Of a DNA stretch of 64,000 nt, positions 32,351-45,564 are shown piece after piece. The stretch lies in the NCBI GenBank assembly GCA_965235115.1, contig OZ249436.1:26536001-26600000 (forward strand), read 5' to 3'. This DNA comes from Laetmonice hystrix (taxonomy: Eukaryota). Both the position numbers and the translations under genes were made by a program. The stretch's first letter is position 1, and each line of letters opens with the position of its first letter. The notes below the pieces were generated by a model that ran no database searches, was not told the origin of the DNA, and was given only the letters and a program-made list of their open reading frames with translations.

Positions 32351-35300
32351 TGATACCATGCATTTCAGTTGCATTCTAGGGTAGGAATTTAGTAGGTTCG
32401 ATATTTTTGAATATTTCTCCGAACGTGCGGTATGAAAAACATTGGCCAATTGTCACCATTTTAGCAAATAATATTCCAATGAAACGTAATAGTTTTAATA
32501 GATATCCTTAGATAACATGTCAGGAGAGATTGACGGTGACAAATATTGCAGATAAAAGGGTTTATAAAAAAGCTATCCAATGTTAAGACAGTCATTTTAA
32601 TTTTCACATTTTATTAAAGTTTTTTTCAGGAATGACAACTACGTTATGATATATATATATATTAATAATAAATGCATAGCTTGTATTTTTTGTAAAGTCA
32701 TAGGGCAATGTTTTGTTCTTTTAATTATGAAACAAGCACTACTTTTCAATTATTCTACAGCGATCCTACCTGCACTCAGTAGGGAAAGGACATTTTCATA
32801 CCGGACGTTCCACATTAAAAAGGTCTCTTTATTTGAAAGACCATAAAAACTGGCCGGTTAGGAGTAGCCCAGTATAATGAACATTTCTAGAGAGCTGAGA
32901 CAATATCCTATCAGGACAAGACAAAATAAAAAGCATTGGGGAATATTTTTAAAATCTCAAAAAGAGCCATGCTCTAGAGGCCAATTGTACGTTTTCAGGG
33001 ACTCTGACCCATAAATTAGCACATTGTCTCTCTGCAAAGATTATCGCTTCCAATCCCTGGGAGGTACTGTAATAACTGTATTCTTTGTGTAGGCCCAGCT
33101 TTAGGCCTGCTAGGATAGGTACTTGGTGCAGTTTCGATACAGGAATCCAGGGGCGGATCCAGGAATTTGGAAGGGGGGGGGGGGTCCACGGGGGAATCCG
33201 GCAAGAGGGGTGGGTGGCCAACACGGTTAATTCAGAAAGCTCTGCTCTGCGAAAAAGAGAACAATTGACGCCAAGGGGGGGGGGGGGGGGTCCTGACTCC
33301 CTTCACCGCCCCAAGTCCCTTGAACCTTTCGATAACAGTACTCACCAGTAACTTGGATTGATAAGGCACATTAATATTGAGGACACGTTTGTGACCAACT
33401 GTTTTCTAAGTAGAAAATCTTTAAAACTTTAAAAATGTCAGGTCGAGTGAGGCCTACAGCATACTCGGTCAGGCTCTTGAATTCGAACCCACTTATAATT
33501 AATTATTAGGTCTACAATACCATTCTGTTAACCCTGTCTATCTCTGTTTAAATATCATGGACAATACGGACCCGTGCACCCAAATCACCACCAACCTCTA
33601 ACCCGGGGCCATTCCCGTGGTCCAGAACTGATTATCAACAAACGAGTAGGTCTACAGAAAGTGGTAATATTTAGTGGATTCCTTGATTAACGCTCCCATG
33701 CACCTTCCAAGAAGATAACATAGCACGGAAAAAATAAATGTGCTGAGATGACGGGGTTTCAACAGAGTAAACCAGCAGACATGTTACATAGGTGGTTACT
33801 CTGAGGTCTCCTCGGGGGGATGCATGCCTCCTCCTCCTTCTCCTCCTCCCCTCCTCCTTCTTCTCCTCCTCTCCTCTTTCTCCTCCACATGGAATCAGGA
33901 GTAGGTGTAACGTCGATCACCTATTTTGTTATTTCTGAAACCACATAACAAAAGAAAATGTAATCAACAAAAATAATCTGCTAATTAGGAACCTGCAAGA
34001 TTGGTGGATTTCAAAAAGTGCGGCCGTTATGTGTTTGAATTGAATGGTTTTTTAAAAATATCAATTTCTTCTCTCTTTTTTTTCGCACGGAGGATAGGCC
34101 TACGGGGCATTTTCGGGGTTACACCGGGGACAGATTAAATTTTTGTGCGTGTGTTTCTGCTGTGGCATGTACTCAGGTATTGGAAAACATTACAATGTAC
34201 TAACATACTTACTTTTTTAAAATGACTATGGCAACAATGACAACAATGACCAAGCCGAGCAAGGACCCCACGACAGACAGGGCGATCACTAACGCTGGAG
34301 AACTCCGTGATGGTGGCGCCGTCTGGCGGAATGTGAAAGTGACATTATTATAGAGAAAGCCACAGGCCGGCATGCTGGAGGGTTCGAAACTAAGGGGGTC
34401 CTAACCCCCCTCCTCTCGTCCCCGGGGGAGGGAGTCAAATATTTTACGGTCAGGCTTAAGCCTGCCTACTGTCCCGGCCGCAATGGACATATCCAACCCA
34501 TCTTCAACGTTCAGCTTATAGACTCTAGCTAACCTATATATAGGTAGACCTGCAGAATTTTTGGCGGGGGGGGGGGGGGGGGTCAACGATAGGCCTATGC
34601 GGTGGTAAAAGCCCCACATCAGGAGCGCCGAAGGCGTGCGTCAATATCCCCTTATAAAAACACTGGGGGCTCTGAGCGACCCCCCCCCCCCGACACATGC
34701 CTGCCAACCATGTAGCCTAGGCCTACTCAAGAAAATTGCAAGGGGGGGAGGGTAGCGCTATTTCTGTAAAGTAACAAAAATGAAACTTTCATTGCCACTC
34801 ACAATATCATTTTAGCCCTAAAAGAATAACCGATAATGGTAACAATGACAAAAAAGTCAGAAAAATAGATCGGATCTTTGGCGGGACAGCCGGTCGGCAC
34901 AAGTCGGGGAATGGCCGTGACGTCGCCAAATGAGCGATAATAGGCCTAAGTGTTAGGTAAGGGTTAGGGTTAGGTTTAGCTCATTTTTAGGTAAGGTGGG
35001 GCAATATGAGCACCATAACAATTCTGACCTGGTAAAACTACTGGTACTGCACAATACATTAATTCATGTAATATTTCATCATCAAGAGTCTAGTATAGGC
35101 TGTATTCCTGACATAAAATAACTTTAAGGTCCTATTAAAAAAATAAGTAAATCGCCAAAATAATTTAATCAAATATGCTCATAGGCCTATTCCCCCTCTT
35201 GATGGGTAATACGAGCACATGCTCATATGACCCCGGGGGGGGGGGGGGGCTAAGTGGCAAAAAATAGATATCGAAATGGTATGTTAACAAACTTATTAAA

Positions 35301-36701
35301 AGAGAGGACGTAAAAGCTATCGTCTAGGCTACACCTGTTATCATTCCCTAGTCCAAATGTGGTCTGTTAAACCTCCAGTTGTGCTACTATATCTGCCAAT
35401 AAATGAAGGTGCTTATTATTGTTTCATTATCAAGAAATTACATACATTAATATTTCATGGGATCCTTAATTTTATTAATAAAATATGATCCAGGGGTCTT
35501 TTAGAGGGGACCGGGGGGCTCCCCCTCTTGGTAAAAATTCAGGGTGGCTTGGAGGCCCTTCATAAGAGCATCACTAGACCTCTATGCTCATAATGCCCCA
35601 CTTATGTATGCTCATATTTCCCGCAAATGCATTCGTCGTGTTTCTCCCAAGGTCTGATGCAATGTCTCGTGCCCTATTATCGTTCATTCAACGCTGACAA
35701 AATTAAGACATCGAACTGCCAATAAAATATGAAGTTGTGTCTACCAGGGTAGTCCTGCGAAGGCACCAGAACATGACAGTGGTGTAGGAAGGAAACAAAT
35801 ATGGGGGGGGGGGGGGGCAGAAGTGACGTCACAATGACTTACGCCTATGCCTCTGCATTGAGCCTGCGGTCATTTTATAAATATTGGTCATCAACTTTGT
35901 GGTATAAGACAATACCGTAATTAAGAAAATACAAATGGATTGAGATTAAGGTTAGGATTAGGGGTAGGATTATGAAGAAATATTTCAATAAAACAACATA
36001 AAAGCACTTTAAGTTCTAGGAATGCAGGTCTGTCGGACTTGCATTTCAGGGAGATTTGGATTCCTTTCACACCTGCTCGTGCGGACATCTGCAGCATGGC
36101 CAGTCGTTTTATGGTTTTCAACTGATGACGCCAATTTTGCTGAGGAAGTGGCTTGTTTACATAAAAAGACGGTTATTTCTGCTCCTCCGAGGGCAATTTC
36201 CTACAAGTCTGTTTGCCTAAAGTTATGTTTGGCCCACTTCCTGCACACATACATCGTTGAGGTGTTACAAAATGGGGTAACTTTGGCCAATCAGTTTCAA
36301 TTGTACTAAATATGTTTAAAATGATGTTCCAATGTTGAAAAATAAAAATATAAAACACAATAGAACACACCCACACAAAATATATATACAACGAGAGAAA
36401 AAAATATTAATCTGGGCCAAAGTTACCCGGAAGCAAGGTTTAATTTGACCAAGACAATTCACGACCTACATCCGGTAACTTTCCACTGACGTTGACAAGG
36501 CTGCTCTTGGTACAGCTGGGCCATGCATGAAACCATGCAGATGCTATCTGAAGATCATTTCTTATTTCTTATTTCGAGGAACACTGATAAAGTAAAATAA
36601 AATTCCATACTACATGTAGGCATAGATTCGCATGGCATGTTATTTTGGGGTTACCCGTCGATATTCGATAGTTCTGTTCCTCTGACGCATTGTGAACCAT
36701 G

Positions 36702-38889
36702 TTAGATTTCTATATTGGAGGCGGTGTTTGGAACGCAGATACCATTTTGCTCACAGATGTGCAAAACTGTCTCAATGGGCTGGCAGTCCTCAGGGAACTG
36801 TGCACTGAAGAGCAACTGTTGTATTTTGAGCTTCGTAAGTTGTTTTTCCTTATAATTAGTAATTTTCTTCAGTTCTGCCCCGACGTAGAGCCCATAGAGA
36901 TCGTCCTCTCCCACCTCCAACAACTCTCCGAGGTCGTTCCATTGAGGCCTCACTGAGTCACTTCTCAATCTCTTCCTTGATAGCGGCGTGTCGGAGGTTC
37001 GCGATGGATCCGCACTCTTGCTATCCTCGCCTCTATCCTCCTCCTCCTCGTCCTCCTCCTCCTCGTCCTCCTCTTCCTCCAAGTCGGGAGACGTTGTGTC
37101 CTTCATTACAGTGACTGCTGTTTTAGAAGTCTGTTTCTGAAACAAACGGTAATTGACGTACGCCCGGTGAGAGAACCAAATGACAGGCTGAGATGCGTTG
37201 TTTATATTAATGACCAGGACCAGCAACAAAACACAGACGGGGGGGGGGGGGGGGTCCACTAAATCACTTTTCACTGTGTCCCTGAATGTCTGCAACTGAT
37301 TAAGCACTCTAAATGGTCAATACCACTAAGCTTATTTTCCCATGTGACGGCAGCGCGATTTTTAATTTGTAGAAGAAATTTCACTCAAATAATTGTTGGC
37401 TGTTAATCGCTTAGAATCTATACCAGAGGGAAATGAGTTTCATGCTTCATAATCTAAATGGCAATGGAACGAAATAAGGACATCAAAGTAGTAGGGACGT
37501 ATAATTATGGGCCTACTCTGAAGAGAAATATGCCGTTCCTGTGTCAATCTGTGTCCCACCTGTGTCAATCTTGGTCTTGGCTTAGTATGGGGCCGAAGGA
37601 ACTGAAGAGCCTTCCAGTGTTTCCAGTTACTATTTTGAGCATCCCCGATCTTCTCTGTTCTAACAAGCGTCCTAGAGAAGTACGTTCGGAGATTGGCAAT
37701 CCTTGTCCTGACATCCTCCGCTGTGTGAGAGAGAGATACGATAATATTTGGATAGGCCTACATAGCATTTTATAATATAGAGAAAGAAATATTTGGCAAT
37801 AAAGTTGTCTGGAGATAACTTAATTACTCAAACTCCTGTGCCATTAAAACATTATCATTTATAATCTTACCAAGAACCTTTTCATGACACTTAGCCCCGA
37901 GCTCATAGAACGGTGGATCACAATATCGATCATCTAGTACCATGATATCGAACATTGAGAAGACTGATAGTAGCCTACATATATATAGGCCTATTAATGA
38001 TATCGAAGGCATGGCAGATTTCCCAAGACTTTGATGAAACTGTTGTCCCTTTGCAGGAATCTGCATGTAGAATACTGGTATAAGGGCCTTCTATCACTTT
38101 TAGGCCTATAACCCGGAAGACTGTTATCTTTGGTATTTCAGAGAAACTTAACAAAATATACAATATTAAGGCCTATTGACAAGAACTGTAAAGTTATTCT
38201 CAACTTTGGCTGAACTTGATATCCTTATATTATAAGGCCATGTGAAAAAGGGCCCCGAAATTGTTTTAGGACTATTGATTTTCATTGTTTTTTGTTGTTG
38301 ATTTTTTTTTTTTGGGGGGGGGTGTTGTTTTGTATTTTCATTTTTGTTAAATGTGCACCTGGTCCCTTTCACTGTTTTGTGTACGCCTATGTTCTAGATC
38401 CGCCTAAAACCGGACTGATACCGTGCCACCATAGCATAACTCTACCACATATTACCTGGCTTATCTCTCCCCCCCCCCCCATTCCAAGCGATAGAGAGAG
38501 TTAATTGGCACTCCACCAGGTGGCACTGTAAGCTGCCACGTGCCCGAACATCCCCTAGCGGCTAGAGAGAGAAATGTAAACAAACATGGCGATGCCAGGT
38601 TGGGTTTGAGTGCACATAATCAATACGGGATCCTGAACCACTGCAGCAAGTCAGACTTTCTCGGTTTCATCGAAGGCTGACAAGTTTCCTCATACAAACT
38701 ATTTTACTTGAGCAGCAGTGACTCTGACGTAGCCTTACCTGTCACATTTAGTTCTTGACAGATGCGTTTCATTGCCTCGTTCTTCTTGGTTCGGATGTGG
38801 TAGTCGGGCGAGGTTGTGTTCCATAAGCATTCTTCACGTTTGTACAACTGTATAAAATGTTCAAGGTCTGGTTGGTTCTGTGCTGACAT
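36702..38889 (-). CDS. MADF (Myb/SANT-like) plus BESS-like protein, 248 aa; exons 38739-38889, 37560-37720, 36702-37136
   Basis: Phase-matched GT-AG introns (747 nt open). MADF: FIQLYKREECLWNTTSPDY..KKNEAMKRICQEL..VRTRIANLRTYF..WKHWKALQFL. Then an acidic tract and the BESS-like DDLYGLYVGAELKKI..TKLKIQQLLF. Confidence 0.88.
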
Positions 38890-39348
38890 CCTCTTGTAAG
38901 TGTATATATGATCGTCGTCACAGACGACCCCACCTTTCACCGACTTGGGCCGAGTCTGCATTCGACGGAGGCGTTCGACGAATCGATTGTACCGAATCGA
39001 TGTTGGTCGGGACGCGGAAGTGCTGCCTGATGGGAAGAGGCTAAATCTCATAGCTGGAATCCAGGGTGTGACGTCATTAGAGCTATGTAGGTCAGGGAAT
39101 ACCCTGCTCTGGCTGCCAGCAAAATATGGATTCACCACCTATAGCCTAACCGGAACGGACCCTAACTCGCACAAGGAGGTACGCATGTAGGCATATATAC
39201 CTCGTCGCCTGTTAACTTTGGCCTCTATTCTTGAAAGCGGTATTCTGGAGGGCTCTGCACAGTTCTAAAGAGGAATTCTACGGGTCTAAGACGATATGCA
39301 TTCAGGCCTGGAGACCGGAGTAGTACACTTTCAGCGGCGGAGTTGGGG

Positions 39349-40640
39349 ACCAGGATTCAGGCAGGCTTGGTCACCTATCATCACCAATACCCGAGGCCTG
39401 GGCACCTTATAGGTGGAAGTAGGCCCATATGGGACCTGGATTCAGGGCTTGGTCACCTATATTGACCAACACCCGAGGCCTGGGCACCTTATAGGTGGGA
39501 GTCTATCCATTATATGGGACCTGGATTCAGGGCTTGGTCACCTATATTGACCAACACCCGAGGCCTGGGCACCTTATAGGTGGGAGTCTATCCATTATAT
39601 GGGACCAGGATTCAGGGCTTGGTCACCTATATCGACCAACACCCCAGCCCTGTTCACCTTATAGGTGGGAGTCTATCCATTATATGGGACCTGGATTCAG
39701 GGCTTGGTCACCTATATTGACCAACACCCGAGGCCTGGGCACCTAGCTTATAGGTGGGAGTCTATCCATTATATGGGACCAGGATTCAGGGCTTGGTCAC
39801 CTATATCGACCAACACCCCAGCCCTGTTCACCTTAGGCCAAAAAAAAAAAAAGTTTCGTTTCTTGTCCTTTCATATAAAAAAAGTGGTGCGGTGACGCGG
39901 TTTTTTTTTTTTCATCTTTCTTTTTTTTTTTTGGATGCAACTAGACAACGGCCGATTCTTCGAATGCAATTGCTGTTGGGTACATAAATCTTGAAGAAAA
40001 GACTAATGCAATGATGTTCAATGTTTTAGAATGTGTAAAACGCACATAAAATCAACAAGACTAACAGAAAAACGCCAACGCCAAAGAACCGTTGCAACGT
40101 TCTGTCACAGCGCTACACTGCCCACCATATGAAGCAGTCGGATTTGAAAAAAAAAGACTTGACGCGGGGGTTTTTAGGTGACGCGCGCGGGGACAAGAAA
40201 CGAATCTTTTTTTTTTTTTGGCCTTATATAGGTGGGAGTCTATCCATTATATATATGGGACCTGGATTCAGGGCTTGGTCACCTATATCGACCAACACCC
40301 CAGCCCTGTTCACCTTATAGGTGGGAGTCTATCCATTATATGGGACCTGGATTCAGGGCTTGGTCACCTATATTGACCAACACCCGAGGCCTGGGCACCT
40401 TTAATAGGTAGGAGTAGGCCTATCTGGGACCAGGATTCAGGGCTTGGTCACCTATATTGACCAACACCCGAGGCCTGGGCACCTTTAATAGGTAGGAGTA
40501 GGCCTATCTGGGACCAGGATTCAGGGCTTGGTCACCTATAACATCATCAATACCCGAGGCCTGGGCACCTTATAGGTGGGAGTCTATCCATTATGGGACC
40601 AGGATTCAGGGATTGGTCACCTATATCGACCAATACCCAT
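39349..40640 (+). repeat. Tandem array of an ~85-bp unit (left arm of the foldback element)
   Basis: ataggtgggagtctatccattatatgggacctggattcagggcttggtcacctatattgaccaacacccgaggcctgggcacctt, period 85 (39491, 39576); two subunit variants (GAGGCCTGGGC vs CAGCCCTGTT). Confidence 0.93.
39836..40223. mobile_element. PIF/Harbinger-type MITE nested in the 85-bp array
   Basis: Termini GGCCAAAAAAA..TTTTTTGGCC, subterminal cgtttcttgtcc/ggacaagaaacg, 3-bp TTA TSD (39833-39835, 40224-40226). Confidence 0.85.
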
Positions 40641-41084
40641 GCAAGGGCTTCCCTTTTAATACCAGCAAAGTACATTGTGACCTAGTTTCTGTGTGGCATC
40701 AACTGAAATAAAACATGTACTGAAATAAAACTGTGTAACTCTGTTCGTTTTTAGTAGTTGCATGGTTCAATAATGATCCTGTCCATTTGTCCCCTTTAAA
40801 CCCATGGCGGACCCCCTGATGGTCATGATATTAAGTATTAAGTTTACTTTTCATGGCCATATCCTGTATTATTATATGCCTTAAATAGAACATAATAGTT
40901 TATGTTCTGACTTTAAAATATCTGAGTTACTTTCGTTGCTCATTTAAAGCGCATGAATATATGTACTACAGCTGATGACCCCACTGATGGTCATGCTCCA
41001 TGAAATAAAACATGTATGCCTACTGAAATAAAAACTGTGTAACTGTGTTCGTGTTTTGTTCCTACTCAGCTAAATCGACCAATA

Positions 41085-41593
41085 CCTGAGGCCTACTCCC
41101 ACCTATAAGGTGCCCAGGCCTCGGGTATTGGTCGATATAGGTGACCAAGCCCTGAATCCTGGTCCCATAATGGATAGACTCCCACCTATAAGGTGAACAG
41201 GGCTGGGGTGTTGGTCGATATAGGTGACCAAGCCCTGAATCCAGGTCCCATATAATGGATAGACTCCCACCTATAAGGTGAACAGGGCTGGGGTGTTGGT
41301 CGATATAGGTGACCAAGCCCTGAATCCAGGTCCCATATAATGGATCTAGACTCCCACCTATAAGGTGAACAGGGCTGGGGTGTTGGTCGATATCTAGGTG
41401 ACCAAGCCCTGAATCCAGGTCCCATAATGGATAGACTCCCACCTATAAGGTGAACAGAACTGGGGTGTTGGTCGATATAGGTGACCAAGCCCTGAATCCT
41501 GGTCCCATGGCATATAATGGATAGACTCCCACCTACAAGGTGACTAGGCCTCGGGTATTGGTCGATTTAGCTGACCAAGTCCTGAATCCTGGC
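41085..41593 (-). repeat. Inverted tandem array of the same ~85-bp unit (right arm)
   Basis: Reverse-complement copies; the ORF track shows the same cycling peptides on the minus strand (41062-41488). Confidence 0.93.
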
Positions 41594-42349
41594 AGCTAGA
41601 GGAGTCGCGGCGCTGACAGTGACAGTCTGCTGCGTGCTGGCCTCGTGTGCTGCATACTTTATAGCCCGTTATACTACTGTTTCTGACCCTTTTCTTCTCT
41701 CTGTCAATTAGAAACCAATAGATTTGTATTTTAGGAGAATATATCTGTCTCGATTTTGGACAGTAATCTGTATTTAACTCCTCAAGAATAGTGTTTTCGA
41801 CCGCCTCTATCGAGGACTCAGTCGCGACATAAGACGGAACGGAACGTCTGCTAGCTAGAATTCGGATTTTCCCGCAACCCTCTAGGGAATCCCCGACCTG
41901 GATTCCAGCTATGAGATTTAGCCTCTTCCTGCCTGATGACTGTGACAGCACCAACGCGCATGCGTTTGGAGAAGCGAAGGTTTCGGCAGGGAAAGTCGAT
42001 GTGGCAGGCACAGCCGTACGTGTGGGGCCGCCTATGTGTATCGACTAAACGCGGCAGATCGAGGGATTTGAAATTGTTCCATCAGATTTTATTATGGGCA
42101 GTAGGCTACCAGTAGCCTATATAGGCCTAGGCCTATACTAGGCTACATATTTATAGACTATGTTTTTGGAAGGTGTAGGCCTAGCTTAGATTTGGCCTGG
42201 GCGCTGGGGGCAAAAAAAAAAGAAGTTTGCTCAAGAAGAAAAACCATAGATCTAGGCTACCCCCCCCCCCCCGGCCCGGTAGGCCTATCAAATGATCCGC
42301 CCCTAAAAGTAGGCCTAGACCTAATCAGAAGGTTAGGCTACTCTGATTG

Positions 42350-42556
42350 CAGGGCCGTAATTCGGGGGGGGGGGGGGGCTAGGGGGCTTAGCCCCCCCCC
42401 CCCCCCAATATTCAATATTTTCAATGTTGCCTAGGCCTAATAGATTCTAGGCCTAATTATCCTACTTTACCAGGGACAACCTTGGATCTGTTCGTCGAGC
42501 CCCCTTAAATAATTGAATAGCCCCCGCAAATTAATTTGATGGAAATTACGGGCCTG
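42350..42556. mobile_element. MITE with CAGG..CCTG termini and 5-bp TSD (GATTG)
   Basis: cagggccgtaatt / aattacgggcctg; gattg at 42345-42349 and 42557-42561. Confidence 0.82.
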
Positions 42557-42603
42557 GATTGCAATACAGGTAACCCCAATGGTTCTACAATTTTCTCCTA
42601 ATT

Positions 42604-43041
42604 AATTTCACAGGTAAATTGATTCGACATTGATGGCCAGTTGTCAGTTTCGACCCAGGTCTAAACTGACAAAATTATAAATGATCACAACCACCGGGTA
42701 GTGCTGGAATGATAATCACTAATTTGAACTGATTCAAGACAGCACCGAGCGATAATTGAATGCTCTCTGTGAAAGGCACTGTAGAAATAAAAGTTCCACT
42801 TTAGATTTTCTCATCACTTCATTAATAATATTGTTCTTACAGACCGTATTCCAAATATTTTGTTAGATGCAACACACAAAACAACAAAATATGCACAGCC
42901 AATATTTTGCAGGCTACATTCCTGCCATGGAGAATCAGTTCAAATTAGTGATTTATCATTCCATCACCTTGTTTGTCAGTTTAGACCTGGATCTAAACTG
43001 ACAACTGGCCATCAATGTTGGATCAATTTATCTGTGAAATT
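42604..43041. mobile_element. MITE with ~70-bp TIRs
   Basis: aatttcacaggtaaattgattcgacattgatggccagttgtcagttt.. vs ..aaactgacaactggccatcaatgttggatcaatttatctgtgaaatt; related fragment at ~8620-8700. Confidence 0.8.
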
Positions 43042-43124
43042 CAGTAACAGAAATAATGCTCACTGTTGGATCCACTATCACCGTCTATATAGGGACGCTG
43101 CGTACCAAGTCTGACGTGTTCATC

Positions 43125-43527
43125 TATAGGGCGCCTAAGTCTCGTGACCTGGTTATGCAAATGACGTTAAATAGCCTCAAACCAGCTCGCGAAAGCACCA
43201 AACGTGTGCCATGCGATTGTGACGTCAAACAATTTCCCATAGGATTAGCATTGACAGGGCCGACAGGCTTACAAAAACCAGCCCGTATATTCACAATCTA
43301 ACTTTCTAAACTATAAAACAAACTTTATCCCAGAGTAAACATGCCAGCCATCATGTATTGTAACGTTTAAATATTAACAGCGACTTCACTGCAGAATGAA
43401 AATATTTCAAAGTTGACTGTCACTGTTCCCTATGGCCATCGCAATGTTAAACCAGCGAGGCTATTTGCTCCTTGTCCCGACAACGCGAAATCTCTTGAAT
43501 TCTCGTGACATACTTAGGCGCCCTATA
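43125..43527. mobile_element. Non-autonomous DNA element with 16-bp inverted ends (TATAGGGCGCCTAAGT)
   Basis: tatagggcgcctaagt / acttaggcgccctata; TA at both borders. Confidence 0.7.
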
Positions 43528-45564
43528 ACTGACTATATATAGCAGTGGCACCGCCAGACAATAACAAGAAATCTGTTTTTTAAAAACAGGGTGTTGTTTT
43601 TAATGGGTTACAAAATGGAACCTTCTAATTGGAGTTTAATAGGGGAAGGGGGGTTATAATGGTCCACTCGGGTATAACGGTCACCCCCATATTTCTCGCT
43701 ATAAGAGCTGCTGCCATCTGCCGGTAAACGCCGGAGATTATTCATCCGGTGATACATAATGTGTAGAGACCTCTACATTTCCTTATTCAAAAACAGTCTT
43801 GTTTCTGTATGTTTTCTTTTTTTCCCTTTTTTCTTTTTCTGGCAGGGATTAAACCAGACAATTTATGACTGAAAAGGTCAGCCAAGAAAGACTATGTCAC
43901 TTGTTTTGTTTTAGATGTTAGCATAATTTCTGGGTGGGGCCCATTATGCCCCCCACTGGGGGCGTCGTTATACCCAACCCAGTGTACAGTGCACCCAGCC
44001 CACCCTCACCACCAAATTTTCTTTTTCTGTATTGTGGCTTTATGCGTGGCCTGATTTGTCTGGCTAATTAAACGTTGGTGGAGAATAAAGTTAAGTTTAA
44101 TTGGGCAATTGATTTGTTTAACTATATGGATTTCACTCCAAAATATCTCGTGCCAAAGTTAGGGTGGCCGTTATACCCCACCTTCCCCTACAAAGCTGTC
44201 TGACAGATTTTATGACATGAGGTTGAAAGTGTGTGTGAAAAAAAGTAGTTAAGACCTGCATTGATTGTAGCCCGAGCAAGCTGTACGACTTGGTATACGT
44301 TTTTAATTGGCATCCCATTTATGGTCATTTAACCATTGCTAGAAATGCCTGCCACTCTTTGATTCGGAGGGCACAGAGGGACGTGCTCCCCCTTCAGTTT
44401 GCCGAGCAGTTTTCTTGTTTTTACCGCAGTATTAATGCCACTTAATTTCTAACCCTTCAGTTTGCCGAGGAGTTTTCTTGTTTTTACCGCAGTATTAATG
44501 CCACTTAATTTCTAAGAGTGACGTGCACAGAACTGCAGTCCGCCAGCACAAAGCCTGCTATGGAAGTACCCATGTAATACACCAGGTGGCCAGGCAATCA
44601 AAGCCTGTATACGGAAGTTCCCATGTACTACACCCATGTTCCCATGTTGACGCCAGTACATTTCCTTCTTTCCGCTTAAAATTTTGCCAGAAGACAGGCG
44701 ACAGATCTGTCATCAATCGTTGCTATGCGCAACTGGTGTAGGGGTAGTCTGGACACAGTGAATAAGAAAAGTTGTTGTGTTGATTTTTTCTGCACGGGGG
44801 GGGGGGGGTAATTTCCATATCATTCTGCATCTGAGGGCGGTGTTGTGTGGCAGGCTTATTTACACGGGGCAGCAGATCTTTGCTAACTCTCTCCTATCTC
44901 TGATGATAGAGTTTTGGAAAACAGATCTTGAGTGATTCACTCTGCCAAAAAAGTATCAGGGTAAGGGCAGAGTAAATCACTCCATTAACGTGTCTACAGG
45001 GAGCTCCACTAAATTTGCTTTTGATCAAATTTTATATAGGCCTAACCTTTAAAGTAAACAAATAGGCCGAATCTCATACTTTCTTATAACTCAATGATTC
45101 ACAACAGGACCAGAAGCCATGGAAAGTTACTTTAGCCCTATACATGCATAAAAACATGTTTTAACTTGTTTTTCTCCCAGTAGATAACCGGAAGCAATTA
45201 CCTAAACTTTCATGGATAGGTATTCTCCACACACACACACACACAGACTCACACATTGAGGAAAATTAGGCCTATTTCTTGGGTCCCGTCGGTGGGCGGG
45301 GTTTCATCCGAATGGGGGAAACTGAAAAACTTTCATAATATCAGGCAATTTTTAGCCTCAGAGATCGATTTGGCTGGGATGTAGTATTTTGCTGCTATAG
45401 ACCACGCCCATTGTAAATCCCCTTAGGCCTAGTAGGTCTAATCGGCTATATATGAATTCGGCTATACCAAGTGTATACATCACTGCGTGAACAGATTTTT
45501 GGTAATGGCCGATTCGGATTTAGGCCTACAGTACTTAATACTTTTTCAAAGTGGGTAGACTTAC

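Larger units (their letters stand above)
39033..41929. mobile_element. Non-autonomous foldback Mutator-like (MULE) element, 2.9 kb
   Basis: Perfect 33-bp TIR GGAAGAGGCTAAATCTCATAGCTGGAATCCAGG (39033-39065 / 41897-41929); 9-bp TSD TGCCTGATG (39024-39032, 41930-41938); oppositely oriented internal tandem arrays. Confidence 0.88.

Noticed and set aside
39495-41488. Repetitive ORFs (MGVYPLYGTWIQG..) in the 85-bp arrays
   Set aside because: The unit length is not a multiple of 3, the frames cycle, and the same peptides appear on both strands: an artefact of the repeat.
44390-44516. 63-bp tandem duplication; also a (TCC)n tract at ~33828-33885 and (CA)n at ~45229-45255
   Set aside because: Ordinary local duplication and microsatellites with no further structure.
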